Positions 22,457 through 32,780 of a stretch of DNA of 64,000 nucleotides are shown piece by piece; position 1 is the stretch's first letter; every line of letters begins with the position of its first letter. The notes under the pieces were generated by a model that was not told the origin of the DNA, ran no database searches, and saw nothing but the letters and a program-made list of their open reading frames with translations. Position numbers and translations under genes: made by a program. This DNA is from Alphaproteobacteria bacterium (lineage in GTDB: Bacteria; Pseudomonadota; Alphaproteobacteria; GM7ARS4; G965262615), in NCBI GenBank assembly GCA_965262615.1, contig OZ253545.1, positions 1,024,001-1,088,000 of the forward strand, given 5' to 3'.

Positions 22457-23753
22457 TTCGCCATCGTTATCCGAAGAGGCTTTGTTCCCTGTCGCCTCGC
22501 CGCCACTGGCTGAATTGTTGCGTCCCAAAACTTTGGATGATGTGTTGGGTCAGGATCATGTGTTGGCGACAGGGGGATTTTTGCATGATAGTGTCAGTCA
22601 AGACTATTTGCCATCCTTGATTTTTTGGGGACCTTCGGGGTGTGGCAAGACCACATTGGCGAGTCTATTGGCTCAGCGGGTGAAGCGTCCGTTTGTGGCA
22701 CTGTCGGCGGTGATGACGGGGGTGACGGAGCTCAAAAAGATTTTTGCCCGCGCTGAACAAGAGCGCGCGAGTGGGCAGTCATTGGTGCTGTTTATTGACG
22801 AGATTCACCGATTTCACAAAGGACAGCAGGATGCTTTTTTGCCTCATTTGGAGAAGGGGACATTCACGCTGCTCGGCGCGACAACCGAGAATCCATCGTT
22901 TGAACTGAACAATGCGTTGCTGTCACGCTGTCAGGTGGTGACTTTACGCACACTGGATGATTCATCCTTGCATGAATTGTTGCGGCGCGCGGAGGCTCAT
23001 GAGGGTTCGCCTCTGCCGCTGACGGATGAGGCGCGAGATGCTTTGGTGTCTATGGCATCCGGTGACGGGCGTTATTTGCTCAACATGGCAGAGAGTGTAT
23101 GGCGGGGGTCTCCGACGGAGTTGTTGGATGAAGAATCTTTGAGTTCTTGGCTCAATCGCCGTGCGTCTTTGGGGGATCGGCGAGGGGATGGTCATTACAA
23201 TGTGGCGAGTGCGTTGCATAAATCACTGCGTGCCTCTGATGCTGATGGCGCATTGTATTGGTTGGCGCGCGCCATTGAGGCGGGGGAATCTCATGATTTT
23301 ATTGCGCGCCGTTTGGTTCGTTTTGCCTCTGAGGATGTGGGTTTGGCTGACCCACAGGCACTGCCTCAGGCTTTGGCGGCGTGGGAGGCGTGGCATCGTT
23401 TGGGTGTTCCTGAGGGTGAGTTGGCGTTGGCACAGGCGGTGCTTTATTTGAGCACGGCGGCGAAATCCAATGCGTGCTATCGGGCATGGCAGGGAGCACA
23501 AAAAAGCGCGGCGCAAACGCATCATTTGCCGCCGCCTCGTCATATTCTCAACGCTCCCACACAGCTCATGAAAAAAGAGGGATATGGCGATGGATATGTC
23601 TATGATCATGATACGGAACACGCCTTTGCGGGGCATAATTGCTTTCCTCATGATATGAAACGACAGGGCTTTTATCATCCCACGGCGCGCGGCTATGAGA
23701 GGGATGTGGCAAAGCGTCTGGCGTGGTGGGAGAAAAGACGACACGGCTCATGA
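22431..23753 (+). CDS. rarA: Replication-associated recombination protein A (RarA/MgsA AAA+ ATPase)
   Basis: [51 protein letters not shown]; start approximate. Confidence 0.96.
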   Translation: MTRSPHRHDSPSLSEEALFPVASPPLAELLRPKTLDDVLGQDHVLATGGFLHDSVSQDYLPSLIFWGPSGCGKTTLASLLAQRVKRPFVALSAVMTGVTELKKIFARAEQERASGQSLVLFIDEIHRFHKGQQDAFLPHLEKGTFTLLGATTENPSFELNNALLSRCQVVTLRTLDDSSLHELLRRAEAHEGSPLPLTDEARDALVSMASGDGRYLLNMAESVWRGSPTELLDEESLSSWLNRRASLGDRRGDGHYNVASALHKSLRASDADGALYWLARAIEAGESHDFIARRLVRFASEDVGLADPQALPQALAAWEAWHRLGVPEGELALAQAVLYLSTAAKSNACYRAWQGAQKSAAQTHHLPPPRHILNAPTQLMKKEGYGDGYVYDHDTEHAFAGHNCFPHDMKRQGFYHPTARGYERDVAKRLAWWEKRRHGS

Positions 23754-24682
23754 CTGTTCACGAACGCTACATTGTTCGCCAAGATGAGGATGGCAGTCGC
23801 TTGGATCGCATGATTCGGCGGCGCAATGAACAGCTGCCTTGGCATCGCATTCAACACATGTTGCGGCGGCGCATTGTGTGGGTGGATGGCATGGGGAGCT
23901 CTGGCGATACGCGCGTGCATTCAGGACAGGTGGTGACCATTGGGGCGAAAATTCATACGCCCTCCGTTTCACAGCAAGAGCCTCTGATGGCAGCCGACAA
24001 AGCTCGTGAACTATTGCATGGCATGATTGTGCATGAGGATGACCGTATTCTGGTTCTCAATAAGCCGCAAGGGATGGCGGTGCAGGGCGGCAGTGGTGTG
24101 GGACGGCATCATCTGGCTCATTTATTGCAAGCTGCCTATGGCGATGAGGTTCGCTTGGTGCATCGTCTGGATCAAAAAGTGAGTGGGGTTTTGTTGGTGG
24201 CGCGTGATGCCATGATGGCGCGCAATCTCACATCACTGTTTCGCAATCGGTTGATGTTTAAGGTGTATTGGGGAATCACCACGGCTCCGCCGCCTCGTGA
24301 GCATGGACACATGAATCAGGCGGTGGGTAAGAAATTACTCAAAGCTCATACGGTGTATCGCTTGTTGGCAAATTTGGGAGATGACCGCTATGTGATTGCC
24401 TTTTGTCCTGTGACGGGACGCAAACATCAGATTCGCTTTCATGCGGCGGCGGAGGGCATGCCTCTGTTGGGAGATGGTTATTATGGCGGGCAGCGTCATG
24501 GCTCATTGCAACTGCATGGACGCATGGTTGCGTGGCGAGATGAAAACGACACGCGCCATCGCTTTGTTGCCCCATTGCCGCCCGTGATGACATCACTGCT
24601 GCACGGCGTTGCCATGGAGAGTCATGACATCACCCCGTGGGAGGAGCAGCATTATGAGCGGCTGCAAGCTCAAACTCGTTGA
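23750..24682 (+). CDS. RluA/RluC-family pseudouridine synthase
   Basis: N-term S4-like RLDR, NKPQG, VHRLD, TGRKHQIR, GDGYYG. Confidence 0.93.
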   Translation: MTVHERYIVRQDEDGSRLDRMIRRRNEQLPWHRIQHMLRRRIVWVDGMGSSGDTRVHSGQVVTIGAKIHTPSVSQQEPLMAADKARELLHGMIVHEDDRILVLNKPQGMAVQGGSGVGRHHLAHLLQAAYGDEVRLVHRLDQKVSGVLLVARDAMMARNLTSLFRNRLMFKVYWGITTAPPPREHGHMNQAVGKKLLKAHTVYRLLANLGDDRYVIAFCPVTGRKHQIRFHAAAEGMPLLGDGYYGGQRHGSLQLHGRMVAWRDENDTRHRFVAPLPPVMTSLLHGVAMESHDITPWEEQHYERLQAQTR

Positions 24683-25298
24683 TGCGGGCTACGCCATTGT
24701 GAATGACGCTGGAGAGTTGTGGCACACGCCTAACGACAATTCCATGATTGTGCCCACGCAATCGCTGGCACGGCGGATTTGTGATGAACACGGCGCGACC
24801 AACAAACCCATGACCGCCTTGACCATGAGCGCATGGGATTATTGTCATGACGAGAGGACGCGCGTCATGGATGAGATGGCATATTTTTTGCAGCATGATG
24901 ATGTGTGTTATGGCGAGCCCCAACGATTGTCTGACACCGCTTTCTGCCGCCAGTGGATTAAGGATGCTCATGATATTCATGTGGGGGTGTCCAATGGTGT
25001 GATGCCCATTGTTCAGGATGAGTCGGTTGTGGCTCGTGGGGTGGGGTCTTTGCAATCGCTCAATCATTTTTCACTGGCGGCGTTTTGTCATTTGTGTCGT
25101 TTGTCTCATTCTTTTGTGCTGGGACTGGCATCGGTGATGGGTGTGCTCTCGTGTGAGGAATTGTGTGCGTTGATTCTTGCCGATGACCGAGACCAATTGG
25201 CGCGCTGGGGTGACGATGAAGAATTGCGCGCCCGCTGTGAGCAGATCAGCCAAGAGGCGCGTCATGGCTTTGACTTTGTCGCTTTGCTATCATCTTGA
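24654..25298 (+). CDS. ATP12-family chaperone
   Basis: TPxxxxMIVPTQSLA, PMTAL, DDVCY, QLARWGDDEE; usual position after rluA in Alphaproteobacteria; GGAGGAG SD. Confidence 0.75.
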   Translation: MSGCKLKLVDAGYAIVNDAGELWHTPNDNSMIVPTQSLARRICDEHGATNKPMTALTMSAWDYCHDERTRVMDEMAYFLQHDDVCYGEPQRLSDTAFCRQWIKDAHDIHVGVSNGVMPIVQDESVVARGVGSLQSLNHFSLAAFCHLCRLSHSFVLGLASVMGVLSCEELCALILADDRDQLARWGDDEELRARCEQISQEARHGFDFVALLSS

Positions 25299-25323
25299 AG
25301 AAATGATGAACACCCGCTATGGT
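25295..25323 (+). promoter_or_regulatory. Putative sigma70 promoter of pccB
   Basis: TTGAAG(25295-300), 17 bp, gc-TATGGT(25318-23), 7 nt to ATG 25331. Confidence 0.5.
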
Positions 25324-25330
25324 GCGAGGG

Positions 25331-26863
25331 ATGGAGGAAATACTCGCACGCCTTGAGGAAAAAAGACGGCTGGCTCGTTTGGGCGGCGGTGAGCAACGCA
25401 TCGCTCGCCAACATAAAAAAGGAAAACTCACCGCACGAGAGCGCATTGATGTCTTGCTGGATGAGAACTCATTTGAAGAATGGGACATGTTTGTGGAGCA
25501 TCGCTGTCGCGAATTTGGCATGGATGAACAATCCATTCCGGGCGATGGGGTGGTCATCGGCTACGGCTTGATCAATGGACGATTGGTTTTTGTCTTTAGT
25601 CAGGATTTCACGGTGTTCGGCGGCTCGCTCTCGGAGTCCCATGCAGAGAAAATTGCCAAAGTGATGGATAAAGCCATTCAGGTGGGCGCACCGGTGATTG
25701 GCATCAATGATTCGGGCGGCGCGCGTATTCAAGAGGGCGTGGCGTCCTTGGCGGGCTATGCCGAAGTCTTTCAGCGCAATGTCATGGCATCGGGGGTCGT
25801 GCCGCAGATCTCTCTCATCATGGGGCCCTGTGCGGGCGGCGCGGTGTATTCGCCTGCCATGACCGATTTTATTTTTATGGTGCGAGACACATCCTACATG
25901 TTTGTCACGGGGCCCGATGTGGTGAAGACCGTGACGCACGAGGATGTCACTCATGAGGAGCTGGGCGGCGCATTGACGCACACCGCCACATCCGGTGTCG
26001 CCGATGCTGCCTTTGATAATGATGTGGAGGCATTGCTGGCGGTGCGGCGGTTTTGTGATTTTCTGCCGTCATGCAATCAAAAACAGCCGCCGCGGCGGCA
26101 TAATCATGATGAGGTGAATCGTCTGGATGCCTCACTGGATCGTCTCATTCCCGACAATCCCAACAAGCCCTACGACATGCAGGAATTGATTGATAAGGTC
26201 GTGGATTCCAATGATTTTTTTCCCCTTCAGCCGGACTATGCCGCCAACATCATCACGGGCTTTGCGCGCATGGATGGTGCGGTGGTGGGAATTGTTGCCA
26301 ATCAGCCGATGGTGCTGGCGGGATGTCTCAACATTGAGGCATCACGCAAAGCCGCTCGTTTTGTCCGCTTTTGTGATTGCTTTAACATTCCCATCGTCAC
26401 TTTTGTGGATGTCCCCGGTTTTTTGCCCGGCGTGGCGCAAGAGCACGGTGGCATCATCAAGCATGGGGCAAAACTGCTGTTTGCCTATTGTGAAGCCACC
26501 GTTCCCAAAGTGACGGTCATCACCCGCAAAGCTTATGGCGGTGCGTATGATGTGATGAGCTCCAAGCATTTGCGTGGTGATGTCAGTTTCGCATGGCCCA
26601 CGGCAGAAATCGCCGTGATGGGGCCCCAAGGCGCGGTGGAAATCATTTTCAGAGACGAGCTGCACGACAAGGAGAAAATCAAACAGCGAGCCGATTATTA
26701 CCGAGAACGATTTGCCAATCCATTTATTGCCGGCGGGCGAGGATTCATTGATGATGTCATTCGCCCCAGTCATACCCGTGTGCGTTTGTGTCGTGCTTTG
26801 GCGATGTTGCGTGATAAAAAACTGAGCAATCCGTGGAAAAAACACGCCAATATACCCTTGTGA
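25331..26863 (+). CDS. pccB: Propionyl-CoA carboxylase beta chain (carboxyltransferase)
   Basis: [47 protein letters not shown]. Confidence 0.95.
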   Translation: MEEILARLEEKRRLARLGGGEQRIARQHKKGKLTARERIDVLLDENSFEEWDMFVEHRCREFGMDEQSIPGDGVVIGYGLINGRLVFVFSQDFTVFGGSLSESHAEKIAKVMDKAIQVGAPVIGINDSGGARIQEGVASLAGYAEVFQRNVMASGVVPQISLIMGPCAGGAVYSPAMTDFIFMVRDTSYMFVTGPDVVKTVTHEDVTHEELGGALTHTATSGVADAAFDNDVEALLAVRRFCDFLPSCNQKQPPRRHNHDEVNRLDASLDRLIPDNPNKPYDMQELIDKVVDSNDFFPLQPDYAANIITGFARMDGAVVGIVANQPMVLAGCLNIEASRKAARFVRFCDCFNIPIVTFVDVPGFLPGVAQEHGGIIKHGAKLLFAYCEATVPKVTVITRKAYGGAYDVMSSKHLRGDVSFAWPTAEIAVMGPQGAVEIIFRDELHDKEKIKQRADYYRERFANPFIAGGRGFIDDVIRPSHTRVRLCRALAMLRDKKLSNPWKKHANIPL

Positions 26864-26887
26864 GACTTTTGTGAGACTTTTGTGAGA
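26858..26887 (+). repeat. 11-bp tandem direct repeat (TTGTGAGACTT, about 2.7 copies)
   Basis: TTGTGAGA at 26858, 26869 and 26880, spanning the pccB stop and the pccB-pccA gap. Confidence 0.9.
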
Positions 26888-26900
26888 ACGCGGGTGCTTT

Positions 26901-28928
26901 ATGTTTAAGAAAATTCTCATTGCCAACAGAGGCGAGATTGCCTGTCGTGTGATTGCGTCAGCCAAGCAAATGGGCATCAAGACGGTGGCAGTTTATTCGG
27001 ATGCCGACCGTGATGCGCTCCATGTGCGTCTTGCCGATGAGTCCTATTCTCTGGGCGGCATGAGTGCCAGTGAAAGCTATTTGCGCGGCGATGCCATCAT
27101 TGCCGCCATGAAGGCGCATGATGCCGAAGCGGTGCATCCTGGATACGGCTTTTTATCGGAAAATGCCGATTTTGCCACTGCGGTGGCAAAGGCGGGATTC
27201 AGCTTTATTGGACCTCCTCCGCAAGCCATTGCGGTGATGGGCGATAAGATTGAATCCAAAATGCTGGCACAGAAGGCGGGTGTGAACATCATTGCGGGCA
27301 GTGAGGGTGCGATTGCCGATGTGAATGAGGCGCGCGCCTTTGCTCAAAAAATCGGCTATCCCATCATGGTGAAAGCATCGGCGGGCGGCGGCGGCAAGGG
27401 GATGCGAGTCGTGGAAAAAGAAAGTGAGATTGCCGATGCATTTCGGCTCGCCATGAGTGAAGCCAAAGCCAGTTTTGGGGATGAGCGTGTGTTTATTGAA
27501 AAGCTCATCACTTCGCCTCGTCATATTGAAATTCAGGTTTTGGCTGATTCTCACGGTCATGTCATTTATTTGGGTGAGCGTGATTGTTCGGTGCAGCGTC
27601 GTCATCAAAAAGTCATTGAGGAAGCTCCCAGTCCTTTTGTGGATGAGGATATGCGTCGGCGCATGGGAGAACAGGCGGTGGCGTTGGCAAAAAAAGTCGG
27701 CTATGTGTCGGCGGGAACGGTGGAATTTGTCGCTGGTGGCGATGGCAGTTTTTACTTTTTAGAAATGAACACCCGCTTGCAAGTGGAGCATCCTGTGACT
27801 GAATTGGTCACGGGATTGGATCTTGTGGAGTGGATGATTAAAATCGCTGCGGGAGAAAAACTCACCATTGAGCAAAGCGATGTCACCATTGACGGCTGGG
27901 CAATGGAGGCGCGCATTTATGCCGAAGACCCCGCGCGCGGGTTTCTGCCGTCAACGGGACGCTTGGTGCGCCATGCGCCACCGCCCGCAACCCAAGAGAG
28001 TGACCACATCATTCGCTTGGACACCGGCGTGGAAGAAGGCTCGGACATTTCCATCTATTATGACCCCATGATTGCCAAGTTGTGTGCGTGGTCACCTCAT
28101 CGCACCACCACCATTGAGGCATTGCGTCATGCACTGGATCAGTATGACATCAAAGGGGTGGCTCACAATGGATATTTTCTCAGCGACTTATTGCTCAATG
28201 AGGAATTTTGCAAAACGGGCGTGACCACTCAGTTCATTGGCAATTATTATCCCGAAGGCTATGGAGCATCGTTGCGTGTGGCGTTGTCTGAGACGATTTT
28301 TCCTTTGGCGGCGGCGTATATGCGTCAGATGATGCATCAGTTGGAGCGCACCATTGAAGACCAATTAGAGAGTGAGGGGCATGAGCAGACAGCCTTTCGT
28401 GAGAAAGTGTGGGTGGTGGTCATGGGACAAGAACAGATTCCCGTGACTCTCGCGTTTGAGGAAACACTGGGGCATGATTGCGTCATGGAGCTGGCGGAAC
28501 GCAAGCATGAGTTTCATGCGGCATGGCGTCCTCATGAGCGATTGCTGGCGTGTCGTGTGGATGGGGTCTGGCATTATGTCCAATTAGAGATGGGACACGG
28601 TTTTTATCAATTGACGCACGCGGGACAAATGGCATCTGTGCTGGTGCTGGAATCTCGGGTGGCGGATTATTACCGCTTGATGCCGGAGAAGAAAGTGGTG
28701 GATTTGTCGCGCTTTTTACTGTCTCCCATGCCCGGCTTGCTGGTGTCGGTGGCGGTGCACGAGGGCGATGCCGTGCGGCAGGGTCAGGAACTTGCCGTAA
28801 TTGAAGCCATGAAGATGGAAAACATTTTGCGAGCCGATAAGGATGCGGTGGTTCAATCCATTGATGCCACCCAAGGCGACAGTTTGGCGGTGGATCAGGT
28901 CATCATGACTTTTGCCGATTCATCATGA
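26901..28928 (+). CDS. pccA: Propionyl-CoA carboxylase alpha chain (biotin carboxylase + biotinyl domain)
   Basis: ANRGEIA, HPGYGFLSEN, GGGGKGMR, EMNTRLQVEHPVTE, EAMKMEN. Confidence 0.95.
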   Translation: MFKKILIANRGEIACRVIASAKQMGIKTVAVYSDADRDALHVRLADESYSLGGMSASESYLRGDAIIAAMKAHDAEAVHPGYGFLSENADFATAVAKAGFSFIGPPPQAIAVMGDKIESKMLAQKAGVNIIAGSEGAIADVNEARAFAQKIGYPIMVKASAGGGGKGMRVVEKESEIADAFRLAMSEAKASFGDERVFIEKLITSPRHIEIQVLADSHGHVIYLGERDCSVQRRHQKVIEEAPSPFVDEDMRRRMGEQAVALAKKVGYVSAGTVEFVAGGDGSFYFLEMNTRLQVEHPVTELVTGLDLVEWMIKIAAGEKLTIEQSDVTIDGWAMEARIYAEDPARGFLPSTGRLVRHAPPPATQESDHIIRLDTGVEEGSDISIYYDPMIAKLCAWSPHRTTTIEALRHALDQYDIKGVAHNGYFLSDLLLNEEFCKTGVTTQFIGNYYPEGYGASLRVALSETIFPLAAAYMRQMMHQLERTIEDQLESEGHEQTAFREKVWVVVMGQEQIPVTLAFEETLGHDCVMELAERKHEFHAAWRPHERLLACRVDGVWHYVQLEMGHGFYQLTHAGQMASVLVLESRVADYYRLMPEKKVVDLSRFLLSPMPGLLVSVAVHEGDAVRQGQELAVIEAMKMENILRADKDAVVQSIDATQGDSLAVDQVIMTFADSS

Positions 28929-29209
28929 TGACCGGCTATTATGTGATTGGCGGCAGAGTGCAGGGAGTCGGCTTTCGTGATTTTGTGGAACGCACCGTTG
29001 CGCCCCATGAATTGAATGGCTGGGTTCGCAATTGTCATGACGGCTCGGTGCAATTGTGTTTGCAGGCGGAGGCATCGTTGCACCAATCTTTATTGGCGCG
29101 CATCAAACAGGGCAACAGGTGGAGTCGTGTGGATTCTCTTGAGCCTCATGCTGACCCATCGTCATTGCCCGCTCCGTGTGAGCCCTTTTGTCGTTTGCCC
29201 AACAGTTAG
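28925..29209 (+). CDS. acyP: Acylphosphatase
   Basis: GRVQGVGFR, GWVRN. Confidence 0.92.
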   Translation: MMTGYYVIGGRVQGVGFRDFVERTVAPHELNGWVRNCHDGSVQLCLQAEASLHQSLLARIKQGNRWSRVDSLEPHADPSSLPAPCEPFCRLPNS

Positions 29210-29211
29210 AA

Positions 29212-29877
29212 TTAGATTATAATAACGAATGGCAGAAGTCCCCATAAAAATAAGAAGGGCGGCAGGGTGATGATAAAGGTGAGAATAAGACTGCTGATGG
29301 CTTTATCTTTGGAGAGATTTTGCACATGAGCAAGACACAAGGCGACCATATCAAATCCTTTGGCAGCCCAGGCAAGAGTCCAGAGCAGTAAGGTGAGAAG
29401 CAGAAAGCCAAACATCACATCATTAAAACCGTCACCATTGATATTGCCACTCACCCAGAAAACAAAAGTGATGATGAGGGCAAGCAGAAAAATCCATCCA
29501 TGAAAAACACCCAGTGACCACGCAAGGGCGATTTTGACATGGTGTTTGTCACTGGTGGCGGTGCTGGAGCCGCGAATAAAAGACAATTCACTCACCCATG
29601 CCGCCACCGCCGTGCTCACATGAATAAAAATCACCCCCAGCAGACTGCCCAGCAACAACAGGATGGGAAATTTAATGAGCGGCTGTCCCATGACATCTTT
29701 TTCAAGGTCAGGCAAAGAAATGCCAGCGGCATAGAGAACACTCACCACCACAATGCCAATCATGGAACACAGCAGCATAAAAATGACGGCGGACTGCTTT
29801 TGTTTGGTCACATTATCCATGACATCGTCAGGATGTGACCAAATATGAATCCAAGGATTAATCATTCGTACAAGCAT
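29212..29877 (-). CDS. Yip1-like multi-pass membrane protein
   Basis: NPWIHIWSHP start and about 5 hydrophobic segments; own promoter TTGCGT-17-TATACT (29915-29887, minus strand). Confidence 0.6.
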   Translation of the reverse strand: MLVRMINPWIHIWSHPDDVMDNVTKQKQSAVIFMLLCSMIGIVVVSVLYAAGISLPDLEKDVMGQPLIKFPILLLLGSLLGVIFIHVSTAVAAWVSELSFIRGSSTATSDKHHVKIALAWSLGVFHGWIFLLALIITFVFWVSGNINGDGFNDVMFGFLLLTLLLWTLAWAAKGFDMVALCLAHVQNLSKDKAISSLILTFIITLPPFLFLWGLLPFVIII

Positions 29878-29903
29878 GGGACTGTGAGTATAAGCTACAG
29901 TTT

Positions 29904-30680
29904 TCACGGACGCAAGCGATACCCTGAAAGTAACATGCGCCAAACAATCCATACCGAGCCCCAACCGCTGACGGTAATGACAATCATTCCTGCGGTCATG
30001 CCCCCTTCGCTGTGCGTCAATAGTCCATAGCGGAAGCCATCAATGATGTAATAAAAAGGATTAAAGGTGACCACATCCTGCCAGTGGGCTGGCAGACGCG
30101 ATACCGAATAAAAAGTGCCAGCGAGAAATGTGAGTGGCGTGACGACAAAATTGTTGATGGATGCCATGTGGTCAAATTTTTCTGCCCAGATGGCGGCAAT
30201 CAGTCCCAAAGAGGTCATGAACAGACAGCCATGAAATCCATAAAATAATGCCAGAGCTGTGTTATTGAGCGATATTGGCACAAACAATTGAAAGGCAAGC
30301 CAGAGGATGATGCCAATCATGAGTCCTCGTGTCACGCCGCCGCACAGGTAGGCAAGGGTCAGTTCCCAAGCCGACAGGGGGGGCATCAGGACATCACCGA
30401 TGTTGCCCAGCAATTTACTGTGCAGCAAGGATGACGAACTATTGGCAAAGGCGTTTTGCATCATGGTCATGATGGTGAGACCCGCAGCGAGAAAGGCTTG
30501 ATAAGACACATCCCCCACCACTCGGGTGCTGCCATCAAAGGCAAGGGTGAAGATGGAGAAAAACAAAAACGCACTCACAAGCGGCGCAAGAACCGTCTGC
30601 AAGCCAACATTCAAAAAGCGTTGCACTTCCTTGACATAAAAACTCCACAAGCCAATCCAGTTGATATGAATTTTATTCAT
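29904..30680 (-). CDS. ABC-2 type transporter permease (YadH-like)
   Basis: KEVQRF, QNAFANSSSS, PPLS, TPLTFLAGTFYS, NPFYYIIDGFRYG. Confidence 0.9.
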   Translation of the reverse strand: MNKIHINWIGLWSFYVKEVQRFLNVGLQTVLAPLVSAFLFFSIFTLAFDGSTRVVGDVSYQAFLAAGLTIMTMMQNAFANSSSSLLHSKLLGNIGDVLMPPLSAWELTLAYLCGGVTRGLMIGIILWLAFQLFVPISLNNTALALFYGFHGCLFMTSLGLIAAIWAEKFDHMASINNFVVTPLTFLAGTFYSVSRLPAHWQDVVTFNPFYYIIDGFRYGLLTHSEGGMTAGMIVITVSGWGSVWIVWRMLLSGYRLRP

Positions 30681-31153
30681 GATTTTTTTTTCGTCCATTG
30701 TGTGAGAAAGTGCTGCGTGGCGGTTTCAATCATGGTGAGGACGGTCTCAAAGCCGTCATGTGCGCCGTAGTAGGGATCGGGAACTTCATCCGTGCCATAG
30801 GAGGTGTCATAGGTCATGAGCAATTCAATGGGGACTTTGGCATCACATTGGTGGGCGATGTGTTGCAGGATTTTTTTATGCTCATGAGTCATGACAAGAA
30901 TATGATCTTGGTGGGTAAAATCACTTTCTTGAATTTGACGGGCTCGTAAGCTGGTCATGTCATAGCCTCTGTTGCTGGCGGTTTGGATGGCTCGGGCATC
31001 GGGCGGGTCACCCTGATGATAGTCGGAGATGGCGGCGGAATCCACTTCAATTGGATAATTGTTGCGTTTAATAATATGACGAGCCACCGCTTCGGCTGTG
31101 GGAGAGCGGCAAATATTTCCTGTACAAACAAAGAGAAGCTTTTGCAAAACCAA
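30677..31153 (-). CDS. Low molecular weight protein-tyrosine phosphatase
   Basis: VCTGNICRSPTAE, VPDPYYG; TTG start. Confidence 0.95.
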   Translation of the reverse strand: MVLQKLLFVCTGNICRSPTAEAVARHIIKRNNYPIEVDSAAISDYHQGDPPDARAIQTASNRGYDMTSLRARQIQESDFTHQDHILVMTHEHKKILQHIAHQCDAKVPIELLMTYDTSYGTDEVPDPYYGAHDGFETVLTMIETATQHFLTQWTKKKS

Positions 31154-31170
31154 AAAGGATTCTTTATAGT
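31142..31170 (+). promoter_or_regulatory. Putative sigma70 promoter for the ialB-like/rlmN unit
   Basis: TTGCAA(31142-47), 17 bp, TATAGT(31165-70); overlaps the 5' end of the divergent phosphatase gene. Confidence 0.55.
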
Positions 31171-31212
31171 GGCGGCGGGGGAATGCCGTTTGCGAATGAG
31201 CAGGAGAATATC

Positions 31213-31713
31213 ATGCGAAGAGTGGTTTTGTATAGTCTTTTGTGGATTTTGTCATTGTCTTCGGCGGTGGCGGAGCAGAAGCATCTGGGCAGCTTTGGCG
31301 ATTGGGATTCATGGCTGGATGTCACCAAGAGGGATCGTCTGTGTTATGTGGTGTCACAGCCCAGCAAGTCGGAAGGAAAATATAATAAGCGCGGTAAAAT
31401 TTACCTCATGGTGGCTCGCTGGGCTAAGACGGCGGAGCGCAATGAGGTCAGTTTTTTTGCCGGCTATGAGTTTAAGGAAAATGCCATCCCTACTTTGACG
31501 GTGGATGACAACAATGTGTTTTATCTGTTTGCTCAAGGAGAATGGTCGTGGGCGAAGGATCATGAAAAAGATGTTGAGTTGATTCGCCGCTTTATTAAGG
31601 GACGCCAAGCGGTGGTGCGGGGTGTTTCATGGCGCGGCACTGAAACGGTGGATTATTTTTCCTTGCGAGGCTTTACCTCTGCGTGGGCGGAAGTCAATAA
31701 AAATTGCCCCTGA
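31213..31713 (+). CDS. Invasion-associated locus B (IalB)-family exported protein
   Basis: Signal peptide, GSFGDW, CY, D.FSLRGFT, terminal C; usual neighbour of rlmN. Confidence 0.8.
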   Translation: MRRVVLYSLLWILSLSSAVAEQKHLGSFGDWDSWLDVTKRDRLCYVVSQPSKSEGKYNKRGKIYLMVARWAKTAERNEVSFFAGYEFKENAIPTLTVDDNNVFYLFAQGEWSWAKDHEKDVELIRRFIKGRQAVVRGVSWRGTETVDYFSLRGFTSAWAEVNKNCP

Positions 31714-32780
31714 TGACATCTCTCATCGGCATGAGCAAAGAAGAGCTGACGGCGAGTCTTGCTGTCTTTGGGTGTCCGCCGTGGCGGGCGCGTCAATTGT
31801 GGCGGTGGATGTATGTGAAAGGCGCGCGTCACTTTGATGCCATGACCGATATTGCCAAGCCATTGCGTCAACAACTGGCACAGCACTATGTGCTGGCGCG
31901 TCCGCGGGTGACGGAACAGCTCAAGTCCGAAGATGGCACTCGCAAATGGCTCATTGCTTTTGAGGACGGCAGTGAGGTGGAGACGGTCTTTATTCCAGAG
32001 AGTCGGCGTGGCACGCTGTGTGTATCATCGCAGGTGGGGTGCACGCTGAATTGTCCTTTTTGTCATACGGGGACGCAAAGCTGGGTGCGCAATCTGACGG
32101 CGGCGGAGATTGTGGCTCAGCTGGTGATTGCCCTTGATGACCTTGACGGCTGGAATCATATTGAGCCATTGGATCGGCGCGCCATCACCAACATTGTTTT
32201 CATGGGAATGGGTGAGCCCTTGTTCAATTATGATGGGGTGTCAGGAGCTCTTGCCATTTTGCTGGATTCGGATGGCTTTGCTTTTTCCAAAAGACGCGTG
32301 ACCGTCTCCACCGCAGGTGTCGTGCCATTCATCGGCACACTGGGAAAGGATTGGGGCGTGCGTTTGGCAATCTCGCTGCATGCCGTGGGTGATGAATTGC
32401 GCAATGAACTGGTGCCCATCAATCGCAAATATAATCTCGCGCAATTGCTGGATGCATGTCGCTCCTATGCCACCTTATCCAATGCGCGGCGAATTACTTT
32501 TGAATATGTCATGCTGAACGAGATTAATGATGGGGCGTCCGATGCTCATGAATTGGTTGCGTTGCTGCGTGATATTCCCGCCAAGATCAATTTGATTCCC
32601 TTCAATCCGTGGCGCGGCAGCGTGTATGCAAGTTCCCCCATGTCTCGGATTCGCTCGTTTGCGGACATTTTGAATGATGGGGGTTTGAGCGCGCCCATTC
32701 GCATGCCGCGTGGGCAGGACATCATGGCGGCGTGTGGGCAGTTGCGTTCGTCCTCGTTGAGACAGCGTCATGCCGCATAA
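31713..32780 (+). CDS. rlmN: 23S rRNA (A2503) / tRNA methyltransferase RlmN
   Basis: [30 protein letters not shown]. Confidence 0.98.
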   Translation: MTSLIGMSKEELTASLAVFGCPPWRARQLWRWMYVKGARHFDAMTDIAKPLRQQLAQHYVLARPRVTEQLKSEDGTRKWLIAFEDGSEVETVFIPESRRGTLCVSSQVGCTLNCPFCHTGTQSWVRNLTAAEIVAQLVIALDDLDGWNHIEPLDRRAITNIVFMGMGEPLFNYDGVSGALAILLDSDGFAFSKRRVTVSTAGVVPFIGTLGKDWGVRLAISLHAVGDELRNELVPINRKYNLAQLLDACRSYATLSNARRITFEYVMLNEINDGASDAHELVALLRDIPAKINLIPFNPWRGSVYASSPMSRIRSFADILNDGGLSAPIRMPRGQDIMAACGQLRSSSLRQRHAA

